This document shows, piece by piece, positions 38,161 to 51,276 of a DNA stretch of 64,000 bases. Made by a program: the position numbers and the translations under genes. Under the pieces are notes generated by a model. The model ran no database searches, was not told the DNA's origin, and saw only the letters and a list, made by a program, of their open reading frames with translations. The number at the start of each line of letters is the position of its first letter. Within the stretch, counting starts at the first letter, position 1. The DNA comes from Podarcis muralis. Its lineage: Eukaryota. The stretch is taken from the NCBI RefSeq assembly GCF_964188315.1, contig NC_135658.1, positions 51,150,001-51,214,000 on the forward strand, in the 5' to 3' direction.

Positions 38161-38800
38161 CTACCTACTTCCATTTGTGAAAGCACAAAGCAACTAAAAC
38201 TGATGGCCAGTAATTTCTTCATAAACTATATGAGAAGGTCGTTTATAGACCTGACAACTGTGTACAGTTTACCTTTATTTCTCTCGCTTGCCCAGGAGTG
38301 GTGATAGTAGCACCTCAAAGCTGAAATCCTAAAGCACGAGTTAGGGAATTAAACCCACTGAACTCAGTGGGGTTTATTGCAGAGTAGATGTGGCTGGAGG
38401 CTGTGTCTTTTCGTTCATTCCGCCTAACATTTGTTCTTAATTGGCAGTGACGTGTCATCTCATTAATAGAATTGGGGGGGGGGAGATGCAACTATATACA
38501 CATTGTTACTATACAGAGGTTTTGCATGTGTATTAATTTATCCCTTCTGAAGGGAACAGAAATAAGATGCAGGTCTCCAACCTCTGTATATCACTAGCTG
38601 TCATAGAAGGGTGGGAACCATATGTATGCAACCTTTGGTCCCACGGCAGCAGAAAGGCGGAGTGTAGTAAATATAGGAAAATGAATTTCTCAACATGCAT
38701 ACTGTGAGCCTGTCACATTCAGAATAATTAGAAATTTAATATGAGAAGGTATAATGTCCTTTATAAGATGGGTATTTAGTCAACCCAACTTGCAGAAAAT

Positions 38801-38887
38801 GGATGTGATCCTATACATACTTACTAGGAATAAGCCCCATTGATCACAGTGCAACTTACTTCTAAGTAAACATGCACAAGATTGTAG
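38801..38887. mobile_element. Chompy-like palindromic MITE relic
   Basis: gatcctatacatacttactaggaataagccccattga...acttacttctaagtaaacatgcacaagattg. Confidence 0.55.
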
Positions 38888-39016
38888 ATCAGCCACTGTT
38901 GTCTGGCAAGAACCTCCAAGTAGACAAAATAGGAAGGAAGAGTCTTAAAGTAAAGCACTAAATACTATTTTCATTTCAAATCCAAGCAATACTCATGACT
39001 GGAGGATATTTTATGG

Positions 39017-39258
39017 CAGTGGTACCTTGGGTTAAGTACTTAATTCGTTCCGGAGGTCCGTTCTTAACCTGAAACTGTTCTTAACCTGAAGCACCACTAT
39101 AGCTAATGGGGCCTCCTGCTGCTGCCGCGGTGCTGGAGCCCGATTTCTGTTCTTATCCTGAAGCAAAGTTCTTAACCTGAAACACTATTTCTGGGTTAGC
39201 GGAGTGTGTAACCTGAATCGTATGTAACCTGAAGCGTATGTAACCCGAGGTACCACTG
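39017..39258 (+). mobile_element. Tigger/pogo-like MITE
   Basis: Same TIRs; extra tgtaacctgaagcgta unit. Confidence 0.9.
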
Positions 39259-39899
39259 TACTAGATAGGGAACCCTTCTCCAACCCCTATCGATCTCAGC
39301 AACTGTGCCCCTTGGTCAGGAGAGATGGGAATTGTAGCCCAAAACATACAAGGTAAAACTGACAAGGTAAAACCAAAATGGGGAAGATCATGACCCAGTT
39401 GTGCTGCTTATAAAAACATTCTTTTCATATCATAAGGTTCATCGCTTGTTTAGACTTCATTTTGATTGCCAAGACATGCATTGGGCAAATTACTCACTTA
39501 AATCGACTTAATATGTTTCTTCTTTTCATTCAAAAAGAAAACTGTCAAAACAGTCTAGCCCTCTGGAGCACCATAACACCATTTACTATCAACATACCAA
39601 TATTTCAAGCACAGACAAGTTGATACGATATTCTGCACCAGTTCTTCCTCAGAATGACAGTTTGCAATAACGGTCATATAAAAGCACAAATTCTTCAAAC
39701 TGATGTGAAGGAGAGAGAGAGAGATTGAGGGTAGAGAAATAAATCTACAGTTCCTCTTCCCTCTGCCCCAACTGCTTAAGGCTGCTGTTACAAAAAAGAG
39801 AAAACGTCAGCTTTCATACATTCATTTTTTAAAAATTCAGAACAAGTGAATACAAAAACAAACACACTTTGTTTCCTCAGGTCAGAGTATTGCCTCCAG

Positions 39900-40036
39900 T
39901 ATGGCGGGGGGAGTGTATCCCTCCAGGTGGTGTTAGACTACAACTCCCATCAACCAAAGCCAGCATGGCCCATGGTCAGGGATGATGTGATTTGTAGTCC
40001 AGCATTGCCTAAAGGGCCACAGGCTCCCCACACCTA
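39900..40036. mobile_element. Palindromic MITE family P
   Basis: gactacaactcccatc ... tgtagtcc ... gggccacaggctccccacac. Confidence 0.65.
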
Positions 40037-40067
40037 TAATACTGAATTCTCTCTAATCCCTGATTGT

Positions 40068-40069
<2 letters not shown>

Positions 40070-40097
<28 letters not shown>
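40070..40097. repeat. (TACA)7 microsatellite
   Basis: Direct read. Confidence 0.95.
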
Positions 40098-40098
<1 letters not shown>

Positions 40099-40789
40099 CT
40101 TCAGATTGACTATCCCTGCAATAACATTCTTATTTTCAATTCAACTCCTTTTCTTGGTGACGTTTGAACAAAGATACATCTTCCTTTACATTAAAGCACA
40201 TGGCATGCAACAATTACATAAAAAAATAAACACTCAGATAAACATTTCTGAATTTATTAACAAAGTTGCAGCAAAGTGTATTTACCAAAATTATTACAAA
40301 TATGAAATGATGCGTAGTAACATGAGCTCATCTTCCTCTATCCACCATTAGCTTCTCCCTTTCAGCATCAAAAACTTCCTAAAATCCTCATCCTTTCCCT
40401 GGACTCTTCTGTCTAACTGCTGTTCTTTCATCATTGTTTGCTAAAAGGAAAATAAAATTACCCACACTGCCAGCCTATACATGTCTACTCAAAAGCAAGC
40501 CCCACTGAGTTCAACAGAACTTACTCTTGGGTCAAGGTGTACAGAATTCCTGTCTAAGTAATCTTCACCTGCTCTGTTCAAGATGTGAACAGCTACAGAT
40601 TAGCCACCTACAATTTGTATTATGAAAAATAGTGTGGCATATTAAGCTATTCCTCCCCAAGCACCGCTGCTTCAGTCAAATTAGGAATCCCGTTCAACTG
40701 CTTTAAAAAGAACATTAGGCGGCCTTGCGGTTTCAAAGCCTTTTGTTTTGTTCACTAAATGAAAGTTTAAAGAAAAGCTACATGACTAT

Positions 40790-41286
40790 CATGGGTGGGG
40801 ATCCAATCTGTTTCCCACAGATGTTGCTGAACTACTGCTCCCATCAGCCAAGACATAGTACATGCTTGCTGGGGCTGATGGGAGTTGTAGTTCAGTGATA
40901 GTCTGGGTACGTTTAGCCAAGAAAAGAGGAGAGTGAGAGGAGATATGATAGCCATCTTCAAATAGTTCAAGGACTGCCACATGGAAACTTGTTTCTTTTC
41001 CTGCTCCAGAGGCTAGGACCCGAACCAACAGATTCAAGACACAAGAATGGAGATTCCAACTAAACAGCATGAAGAACTTTTTAACAGTTAGAGCTGCTCA
41101 ACAGTGGAACGGACTCCCTCAGAAGGTGGTGGACTCTCCTTCATTGGAGGTTTTTAAGCAGATGGCCAAGTGTCACGGATGCTTTAGCTGAAATTCCTGC
41201 ATTGTAGGCGGTTGGACTAGATGACCCTTGGATACCTTCCAACTCTACAATTATGATTCTGGCAGGCCAAAGGATTTCCACTCCTG
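40790..41286. mobile_element. Palindromic MITE family P interrupted by a CR1 fragment
   Basis: Left arm and core at 40790-40906; the right end ctggcaggccaaaggatttccactcctg resumes at 41259. Confidence 0.65.
40907..41257 (+). mobile_element. CR1 LINE 3' fragment (ORF2 C-terminus plus tail)
   Basis: Degenerate EKRR.RGDMIAIFK...KNFLTVRA.QQWNGLP.KVVDSPSLEVFKQ; ttggactagatgaccct...aactctacaattatgattct tail. Confidence 0.9.
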
Positions 41287-42338
41287 TCCTAGTGCACTGA
41301 AATATTTTCTGACGCAACCTCAAAATTACCCATTAAATTTACCAGGAAACCCACGCCAACAGATGCAAACTTCCTGGCATTTTAGAAATCTCTGTACTGC
41401 ACTGATAGCAAAATCAATTGTCCCTTGTTAGCAGAGGGCCTAAGCAAATAAGGTTATTTTCAGTTTATTTCACCAGATTAAAAATCATAATATTGAAACA
41501 AAATGAAAAAATGACAACGTACGTTTGTTGGACATACTGCAGGTCTTTGACAACAGTATTGTTCTTAAATTTTAAAATAAAGATACATTGAGTTAGCTGA
41601 AAAACAGCATGTAATGTATATATAATAAGTAAACAGAAACAAGGCAGCTACCAAACAAAACCTAGGTACATTTGTTTTCATTTCCTCTCCTTTTTCCATT
41701 CATTTTTGGCAACACAGTTTGAAGTCTTCCTCTCCAATGTAAAGTCTTAACTAATTTTTCTTTTATTTACATTAAAGACAAAGCTTTGAAACTTCCAAAA
41801 TATTAGCTAGCCAATATTGGGGGGCGGGGTTTGCTGTTGAGTCCTTTTACTCTCATTTTTCTTTTTCAAAGTGGAGGTGGGAGACTTGTTTTGAAAAGTA
41901 ATACAAGTTTTCCCCACCTTCCACCAACAGACCAGATTACATGGATGCATTCTGGAGACATTTTACTACTGCAATTCAGTTCTGCTGCTTTCAAGAGTGA
42001 GACTGAGTGAAACAAAATATTTCCTCGGCCACAATACGCTTACTGTTTCCAGAGGGAAGTAAGAGGCCCTTTCAGCTTCTCTATTGTCCTATCTTTCTTA
42101 AAGATCACTGAAGAGACTTAAAAAAGTCACAACACAGTACAATATTAGTTAGTTCAGATGAGTGACTAGTACCCAAAATTCCACTTCAATTTAACTTATA
42201 AAGGAGAGAATACAGTAAAGGTTCTTCCTGGTCATTTTACAGCCCGGCATGCTTCTAGAGTTCATAGCTCAAATAGAAGGATAACATAGGCTCTGCCTGG
42301 GTTCAAACCCAGTATTTAAAGCAGGCTAACCAGATGTT

Positions 42339-42697
42339 AAAAGGGATGCGGGTGGCGCTGTGGATTAAACCACAGAGCCTAGGACTTGCCGATCAGAAGG
42401 TCGGCGGTTCGAATCCCCGCAACGGGGTGAGCTCCCGTTTCTCGGTCCCTGCTCCTGCCAACCTAGCAGTTCAAAAGCATGTCAAAGTGCAAGTAGATAA
42501 ATAGGTGCCACTCCAACGGGAAGGTAAACGGCGTTTCTGTGCGCTGCTCTGGTTCGCCAGAAGCGGCTTGGTCATGCTGGCCACATGACCCGGAAGCTGT
42601 ACGCCGGCTCCCTCGGCCAATAAAGCGAGACGAGTGCCGCAACCCCAGAGTCGGTCACGACTGGACCTAATGGTCAGGGGTCCCTTTACCTTTACCT
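42339..42697 (+). mobile_element. Sauria SINE, full length, young
   Basis: 12-bp TSD taaccagatgtt at 42327-42338 and 42698-42709; most CpGs retained. Confidence 0.95.
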
Positions 42698-42835
42698 TAA
42701 CCAGATGTTGAGCTCCTATCATCCTGTGCTGGCAGGGGCTAACAGAGTTGGAGTCCAACAACATCTGGAGGGCCACCGGTTTGTAACCCCTGCTCAACCC
42801 CCCCCCTCCAAAAAACACACACACAAAAACAACAA

Positions 42836-43093
42836 CCTCAGGCAGCAAGGCTGGCAAAGATCTCCACCTGAGACCCTGAAGAACCACTTCCAGGCAGTGT
42901 AAGCCAGGGTTTCCTAAACTTGGGTCACCAGCTGTTGTTGGACTACAACTCCCATCATCTCTAGCTAGCAGGAACAGGTGTCAGGGAAGATGGGAACTGT
43001 AGTCCAAAAACAGCTGGAGACCCAAGTTTGGGGAACCCTAGTGTAACAATTTTTAGATAGGTGGACCAATAGTTTGATTCAGTGTAAGACAGC
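42836..43093 (+). mobile_element. Squam2-like SINE fragment split by a palindromic MITE
   Basis: gagaccctgaagaaccacttccaggcagtgt | MITE | caatttttagataggtggaccaatagtttgattcagtgtaagacagc. Confidence 0.6.
42905..43040. mobile_element. Palindromic hAT-type MITE (family P variant, ~52-bp arms)
   Basis: Near-perfect inverted arms around the GGACTACAACTCCCATC / GATGGGAACTGTAGTCC core; TSD gtgtaagc/gtgtaaca. Confidence 0.85.
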
Positions 43094-44400
43094 AGGTTGA
43101 TAAGTTTGTATCCTTGCTGCAATCAAAGCCATTAGTGACCCACTGAGGATTTTCCATTCTAACTTGGATGACTTGGGAGCGGGGAGATGAACTATTTGGA
43201 CAGGTGAGCCCATTCTGCCTACCTCCTCCTGCCTCAGATTTGACTGCTTAAAACTATTTCAGACAATGGCCTTTCATTGGCCTTGGTTTTCAGTAGTCAG
43301 ACATGGTCAGAGCTGGGGGGGGGGGGGAATTCATGCTGGTTACGTTCTTAACAAAGTAATGGAAAGGCAAAAAGCAAACTTCACTCACAGAATGGCAAAA
43401 TATAATAAGCAAGTCTCCTTTTGTTGTGTATATGCAAAACGGCTTTGAAATGATGAAACTCCTCCAGTGACAGTGTGTGAATTGTGGACTCAGCTATTCA
43501 CTTAATTTAACACAGGAATATGCTATTCATAAGCTGAAAGCTCAAAGTAACACAGTACGCTCTTTTTTGTTTTTTAAAGTGCTGATCAAATCCAATATGT
43601 CTAAGCATGCTGCATGGGGGAAGGAGGAAGAGAGAGAAAAACCACCTCTGTGAAAACTGCACGCCACTTCAAGTTTTCAATGTAATCTATCACAAACAAA
43701 ACTAACGAGAGCAGCTGCTAAACCTACCGGTATCAAATGGGCATCAAAATATTTGGAACAAGCTACAGGATGTGAGTAGTAGAATATCACACAACTCAAC
43801 ATCTGATATGGACACAGCCATGCAGAGTTCACCAAGAGGTCTGCAAGCTTCCCAGCATGGAACACAGCAGCCATAGAAAAATACTATAAATGCAATGGCT
43901 CAGCACAGAGTTGCCTTGCTGAAAAGAGGCATTGTGAGTTATTCTGCATTACCGGACTAGATTAAACAGATGACATTAAACGCTGTCTTTATAACCGCAG
44001 CCTGCATCAATTCACACCGACAAATTCCTAAACAACTTGGACCTCAAATAACTGAAGGAGCACCTCACCCCCAAGGTGCTGATACAGAGGAGGCCCTGCT
44101 GGCAGTTGTTCCACCCTGCAAAGTTCTGTCAAATAAACATGCTAAATCAGATCCCAATCAAGTTAGGGCTACTGGAGCATTTTCAAAAATGTTTCCCAAT
44201 TCATAATTTGCCAGAAAGCCAAGATTGCTTCTGGCAATGGGAATGTAAGGTCGCAGCTCTAAGCAGTTTTATGGCATTTTTAGCTGGCAACTCTTCTGTT
44301 TTGCCTAAACTACAAAGTTTTCATCAGTTGTATGGCATTATGTCTGTTATAGCACCCTGCCCCCCCCCCAAATAAACAAGTAGATAATACTTGGTACCTC

Positions 44401-44556
44401 CAGTACTTTTTTTCTTTTTAAAAAAATGTTTAGGGCTACTCTTATTTTCCTACTCATATTGAAATACTGTCCCACAATGAGGCCAAACTTAGATTCACAA
44501 TATGTTTAGGGGTATGCGAACCCCTGAGTCCCCCCCCCCCCCGAAAATAAGCACTG
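44401..44556. mobile_element. hAT MITE (156 bp)
   Basis: TIRs CAGTACTTTTTT / AAAATAAGCACTG; TSD ggtacctc/gttacctc. Confidence 0.75.
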
Positions 44557-47500
44557 GTTACCTCTATCCTCTTCATCCCTACCTCTGAGAACAGGAAATG
44601 CCCATTTGTCTTTAGTACAAATATGCTCCTGAAGAAATTAGACATCAAAAGAACAAGTGTCCATTGAGATGCACTGAGCTGGATTCAAATTCCTAAATAT
44701 TAAATCCCTGGTGGGCAGTGTGTACTGCAAGATTTGAATATCACTGTGCAAACTGCCCCACAAATTGTGGTTGATATTAGCCAATAAAAGGAAACTGTGA
44801 GTGTAATGTATTTCCAAATTTTCTTTTACCGTCTGTTTTAAACATGTATAACTGCTGATCTTCTACATGCAAACAGTTTTGAGAGGTGACCTACCTTTGT
44901 TCTGCATAAAACATAGTACACAATAATATTCAAGTCAAAATAGGATCAAAACAAGGGAAATCAAAGAATTCCGACACTTTCCCTTGTCAGCTGTCTCAAG
45001 ACAGATGGAGAACCCATGCGGCTGTCCAAGCATAGACGCTGTTCTAAGAATTCACCTCCTACAATGCAATATTAAGTCACTCTTGTATGCCTGCCAAGTC
45101 ATTCCACAAGACTGTGGATTTTGGTAGGTATTCAGTCACTTCAGAAGTACAGCCTGCACATTATAACTTATGCATTGGTTGTCAAAGTGAGTTCAACATT
45201 GAAGTTTTAAAACCATTTCACACATCTTGTATTCTCACTGATGGAAGGGGTATTTTCGGAGGGAGTACAGAAATCATATCTATCTACGGATACGGCGCAG
45301 GGCGAAGAAACTAATACAGGACCTAAGTGACATGACAGGGAATGGCATGACCAGGCGCAGGGGAGCAGCATTCTTAGCACACTAGTTTTCCACACAGGAT
45401 AAATGGCTATGAAAATAACACCCTGCTATTACCTCAGCTCTGCCCTGACTCGCTGAGTTCAGAATTCAATGAAAGCACAAAGGGAGACCGAAGACTGCAC
45501 ACCCAAAGATATCACTGAGACACCCATCCAGAAACTGCTAAACCGAGAACCTGTTATCTTAGCCACAAAGCAACAAACATCTCTTTTCCAACGCACACTT
45601 AACTGTGAGAGCACAGCCCCTGCTTAAAAACAGCTGAATAAATGGCTCTATGTGAACTGAACGCTGGAATCTCTTCGTTTATGTGAATACACTTCCCCTA
45701 TTCAATAATAAACAACTGAAATGTGATATATGCACTGGGACCAAAGCCCCAAATAATTATCACTCAGGGCAGAAAATTACATACGCGTTGGATTCAGGCT
45801 AAGTGTGCAACAATGCCCCTCTCTGCCATGCTGATGACTGGGGAAGGGGGGGTGCATAGGGTGCCTTTCTGCTGGACTGCACCAGAAGTGCAATGGGGGG
45901 GGGGGCTCAGCTGCAGCAAAGGTCTGATCTGTGACCAGGTGGGTGGAAAGCTAATGCAGACAGTTTGCCTGCCAGTGCTAGAGAATGGGGCGTCTCTGGG
46001 TTGTGGATCCCAATCTCCAGGCCCTTTAGCTACACCAGCATGGAGCTGCCGTTGCACCTTCCACTCTGGCCAGAGGGAGCCAACAGAGCTTGGCACGCAG
46101 CAGTGGAACCGAACCAGTTCTCGCCAGCCCCACACTATTGCTCTGCTCAGGACTCAAACTTAGCTTAGCCATGGGCTAACCTGTCGCAATCATTTCAATG
46201 GGACTGTACATAACAAGCCAGACTGACAAGGCACCTCTCCCTAAGGAAAGACTTCATTTCATTTTAAAAAGCCGTTCTAGTGATCGCCTTGTACTATTTT
46301 TAAATGATGTTTTATTTCTGTAAACAACGTTGATGTTGCCTCACATAAATGGTGTCATGTAAATACTCTTATATAAATAAAGCAAACACATTTCACCACA
46401 GCACCTTCTGCTCCACCTACATCACTGCAGGAGCCAGGATAGGAGGCGGGGGTGGGGGGTGGATGGGCTGGAGAACAGCTAAATTGCTCTCAGATTAGAC
46501 AGTGCTTATTTCTGATTCTAAGAAGCAGAGAGCATTCTTGGATGCCAAAATTTAAAATGCCAGAACATAAAGAATCAGCGCATATATAGGATATATATGT
46601 GCATGTATTTCCTATAAGCATAATTAGCACTGACTTACAAATTGTATTTTTCTCCCTCTTCAGGATAACACCATCTAATTACCGGTCTGCACCATCTGTA
46701 ACAACACCGAAACCTTTTTCTTCTGGAGGAGGAATCTACTCAAGAGCAGTTATTAAGTTTGGGAAAGCAGCAATTGTACATACAGGGAGTGGAATGTAAT
46801 TTCACCGCCAGGAGAATTTATATGTGAGTTAAGAGCTTGGGGAGGGGGGAGATGGGGGGAGCAGAAGAGAAACACAGTCTTTGCTAGCTCTGCATCTGAC
46901 CTGAAAATGCCAAAAAAAAAAAAAAAAAGGGAAGATGCCTGACTGCTAAGAGCTGAGCAGGTGCATAAACTGCAGGGGACTTTTCTTTCAACGCTGCAGC
47001 TTTCAAATAAAATGGCACCTTGAGGCATCGGTAGGTAACAAAACAAAGCTGTGCAAACCAGCCATATGGTCACGTTATGTATTTGTTTCCCCCTGCAAAG
47101 CACAGTTCTGCTTCCAGTGGAGGGCATTTATTAAAAACATGCTTCCAAATAACATCAAATAACAAGTTTCCAGCAATGCACATCTGGGGCAAACGCTTTA
47201 TTACTCTGAGTCCTTTGCTCTCTTTGTCTGCCTCCCAGGTAAGAAGATGACAAATCTCCCTACATTCCCTGTCGAAGCAGCTCTGATAGCTTTGGACCTT
47301 TAGCCAGTTTCTGAGCCCTCCACCTGACGGACAGTAGCACCGGCAAAATTGAGGAATGCATTGCAGCAGCAAAGGAATCAATGGCTGCATTATGTTCACA
47401 GTATTCGTAATAAAGGAGTTCATTTAAAACGATCATAGCACTAAAAGGTTTTCGAAAATCTGTAAGCAGCTCTCTTCCATGTTCTTATGTCGATATGATT

Positions 47501-48465
47501 ATAAAGGAATATTAAGTTACACAACATTACCCTGAGATTGAAGCCCAAATTTCAAAGGAACCAGCATTCCAGGGCTGGCCAAACATTCCCCAGAGGCAAC
47601 TCAAATCGCTTTAACAGATAAAGGGAGAGATCCCTCAAAAACCCTTAAAAAAAACACCAAAAAACACTACACTGTTCTATTCTACAGTCTTGCGTCCTCA
47701 CACCCCCACTTCCCCCTCAGCATTCAGCTGCTCCATTCAGAAGCCACTTTGTCAACTGAGACGGTCTCCTAATGCCAAGTTATGCCGTGGGATAAGATGC
47801 CTGGAACTCAAAGCATCTGGAAATATTCCCTCACAGACACTTAACACTATTCAAGATGGTAACGTCCTCTAGACACTCCACTATAAACAGAAAGAAAGAT
47901 GAGAAAGGGGGCAAAACAGCAGTTTGCTCTTAGGTTTCTTGGTCATACGGGGGCTCCAGAGCATTGGGGAGGGGCAGAGGAACACACTGAAACAAATTTG
48001 GTTGCCATAGCAAACAACTCACTCATTTTTGGCCACTTGCATGAAAGCAATTGCCACTCAGCCTCGATGCTCCTCTTTCACAAGAACCTTTTAAACCCAG
48101 CCTGTCCCTAGCTATGCTCACTGGGGCTGACAGAAGTTGACTGCCAAAACATGTGGAAGGGACCTGATTGCGGAAAAGCTGTTTCAGCCTCTTGTCATGC
48201 TGCAGAAAGGAGAAGCAAACCGCTAGAAACAAAGCAAGAAGCAAAAATAAACAACAAACCATGAGGGCAAATAGTTCTGCTTTTCTGTCCCGCTGACTTA
48301 AATAACCTAAAATACAGGGTGGGGGAAATCCAGTTATTTCAGCTACACCTGCCCCCCCCCCACTTGCAGAGACTCACTGATGTTCCCCCAACTACTAGAC
48401 TGAAGGGTCTCTGCCCAGCTCCCCCTTGAAAGCTGTGCTTGGACAAAATGTTGGCTCCAGATGTG

Positions 48466-48818
48466 TAAAAAAAAAAGGGTAAAGGACCCCTGGATGGCTA
48501 AGTCTAGTCAAAGGCAACTATGGGGTTGCGCTCATCTCACTTTCAGGCCAAGGGAGCTGGTGTTTGTCCATAGACATCTTTCTGGGTCATGTGACCAGTA
48601 TGACTAAACCGCTTCTGGCACAAGGGAACACTGTGATAGAAGCCAGAACGCACAGAAACGGCATTTACCTTCCCGCCAGAGCGGTACCTATTTATCTACT
48701 TGCACTGGCGTGCTTTCGAACTGCTAGGTTGACAAGAGCTGTGACACAGCAATGGGAGCTCATCGCGGGGATTTGAACTGCCAACCTTCCGATTGGCAAA
48801 TCCAAGAGGCTCAGCAGT
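48466..48818 (-). mobile_element. Sauria SINE, near full length
   Basis: Reverse complement of tail, core and B-box region. Confidence 0.9.
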
Positions 48819-49802
48819 GGAGTTCAAAGTCCACCTGGCCCCCACATATCAAACATCTCTCAGCCCAGGCTTTCCACAGAAGGAGCCATATGGTGCTTGC
48901 ATCGTGGTTAGGCAGGAAGCTTCTTCATTGAATTGAGGCAGAAGAACTCCAAACAAGTCATTTGGGACACGATAGCTTCCCCCCCCCCCTTTTGATTCCC
49001 AAGAGCCTCACATCTGCGTGGTCTCTTTCTGTATCAACAGCTTAACATTTAATAATTTGAATTATTCTTGCCTGTGTGTGGCAATGCTTGCCCTCCTTGG
49101 CCAAGCCAGCTGCTTTACTCTAACAGACTACCATTTACAAAGCCCTCTCTGTGTATCCTCAGCTCAACTCCTCCTCTATTCAATAAGACTTAACACAGAG
49201 ATCATTTTACGGAGAACTTCAAAAGAAAAGCGCCTATACCTTACACCCTCCACAACCCTCATTCCTGTTCATGCTACCAGAGGTTGGCTACCGGAATAAT
49301 CAAGAACAGATATTCAATTAGAGATGGAATTCTTTTCTTTGAACAGGAGGTAGGAGCCACTAATACGGAAATAATGGATTTGACAGAAGGTGCGGTGGCT
49401 TTAGACTCTAACGAAACCTTGCTATCAAGACAATTTAGGCTGCAAAACTACATATAGCATCGGAGTACAGATCGGCTGAAAACAGAACTAGCCTAAGGAT
49501 AACTTCAGCATGTAAGGTGACAAGACAGTTTAGCGATTATAGAGTAAACAAGGTTAGATATGTTGGGAGCGCGTTCAGATCAGACAAACAAGAAGTGCTG
49601 TTTATGTCACACTCTCTTACAAAACAACTCTAACTGCGGTATGAGACATTTCCTCGTTGGCCCTTCTCTATTAGAATAAAGTCACAGCAGTTCAAGGCAA
49701 TGGTACATCTCTGCATTCTTCCCAAAGTACAACTTGTCTGGTCTCAACCTCAGTTGTAACATCAACAGCTGAGTTGAGGGCCAGCTTGATAAAGACTATG
49801 CT

Positions 49803-49945
49803 GTGGGGGGTGGGCACTGAACCTGCAGTCCCCAGATGCGTTGGGCTCCAATTCCCATCAGCCCCACCCTGCATGGCCAATGGTCAGGGATGATGGTAAG
49901 TTGTAGTCCCACAACCTCTGACAGGCCACAGGTTCCTCATCCCTT
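49803..49945. mobile_element. Palindromic MITE family P
   Basis: aacctgcagtccccagatg...gttgtagtcccacaacctctgacaggccacaggttcc. Confidence 0.7.
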
Positions 49946-51276
49946 CTACATAGTTCCAGAGGTGGGAAGACTTCTTGCTTGTGGGATCTACTTTTATTCA
50001 AACCCCTAGATCCATCAATCAGGGATCAGTGCAACCACCATTAAAGAATTCCAAGCTGGGGAATATTTATTTAGTACCAGAACTGAGCAGACCATACAGT
50101 CTTCCCACAGAAATTTCCACAAATGTGTGCTATTAAAAAAACAACACCCCACATGTTTTGTTACTCCAAGCTTTCTTCATTTCAGGAGTATAATAAACAG
50201 GCCAGTGCTGCTATACAATTGTACATCATAAATCTCCTACAGGCTGCCCATAGATCTACCAGTACACCCAGATCTGCTTTTGGTAAAGACTATATGAACA
50301 TTCTGGTTTCTTAATTTCAGAATAAACATTTCAGGAAGATGTTCAGTTCTAGAACACATGAATGTACATACATAACCTGCCAATAATTTTTAATTCAAAG
50401 TAGATGTTCACATGGCAAAGCAGTCAATACAATTCTTTGTTCCTTAGTGTGCACACGTGTGCAAAAAAACTACATGTTTTGTTACCATATGCGGTGATGT
50501 TCAGAACTGCTATCTATTATAAACCCCAACCAGTTGGAACTTAGGTTATGTTATGTGGAGTACACAATTCTTTATCACAAGCTATCCATACATCAAGGGA
50601 ATGACTGCAGCAATGCTGTTGATACTTTTGAGAATTGTATAACAACTATATACATTAGAAATATTCCATGTCAATATAAAAAACCAACAAACCTTTGCAA
50701 GGTAAAAACCACTAAGCCTCTGACAAAGCAACTTTTCTGATTCTGAATATTTAACTATTTTTCTGATCCTTGTCTGAGAAATCTTCAACTTTTGCCAGTT
50801 ATGTGGTTCATACAAATCTATTCAAAGTAATTGTGTTTCTTTAGAATGCTAGAAAGTGTAAATTGAAGAGTCAAAATGATTTGCATTCAAATCCTAAATT
50901 AAGATATGCACTCTTGGGTAATTTACTCTGCCCAATGCTTTATTCTATTTTCTTTTAAAAACCCAGTAACACACATTTAACTAAAATATAAATATAGCTC
51001 TGGGTGGAATCCACACAAGCTGTTCCTCCAATTATATTTATAGTTATAGCAATTGCAACAGAATGAAGTAAATAAGGAATTAATACAGAAAGAAGCAAAT
51101 CCTTAGCAATCCGTTATTGCTATCATGAGCCATTTGCATACAAAAATTCAATGTAAAAGTTCTACAAGAGTGTCCAGCTGCATTATTGCTAAAAGTGAAT
51201 AGTCAGTGGTTTCTAGGAAGCCTACAAACAGATTGTGAAGACAACAACCATGTCCTTGTGTTTGACTCTCAGCAAC

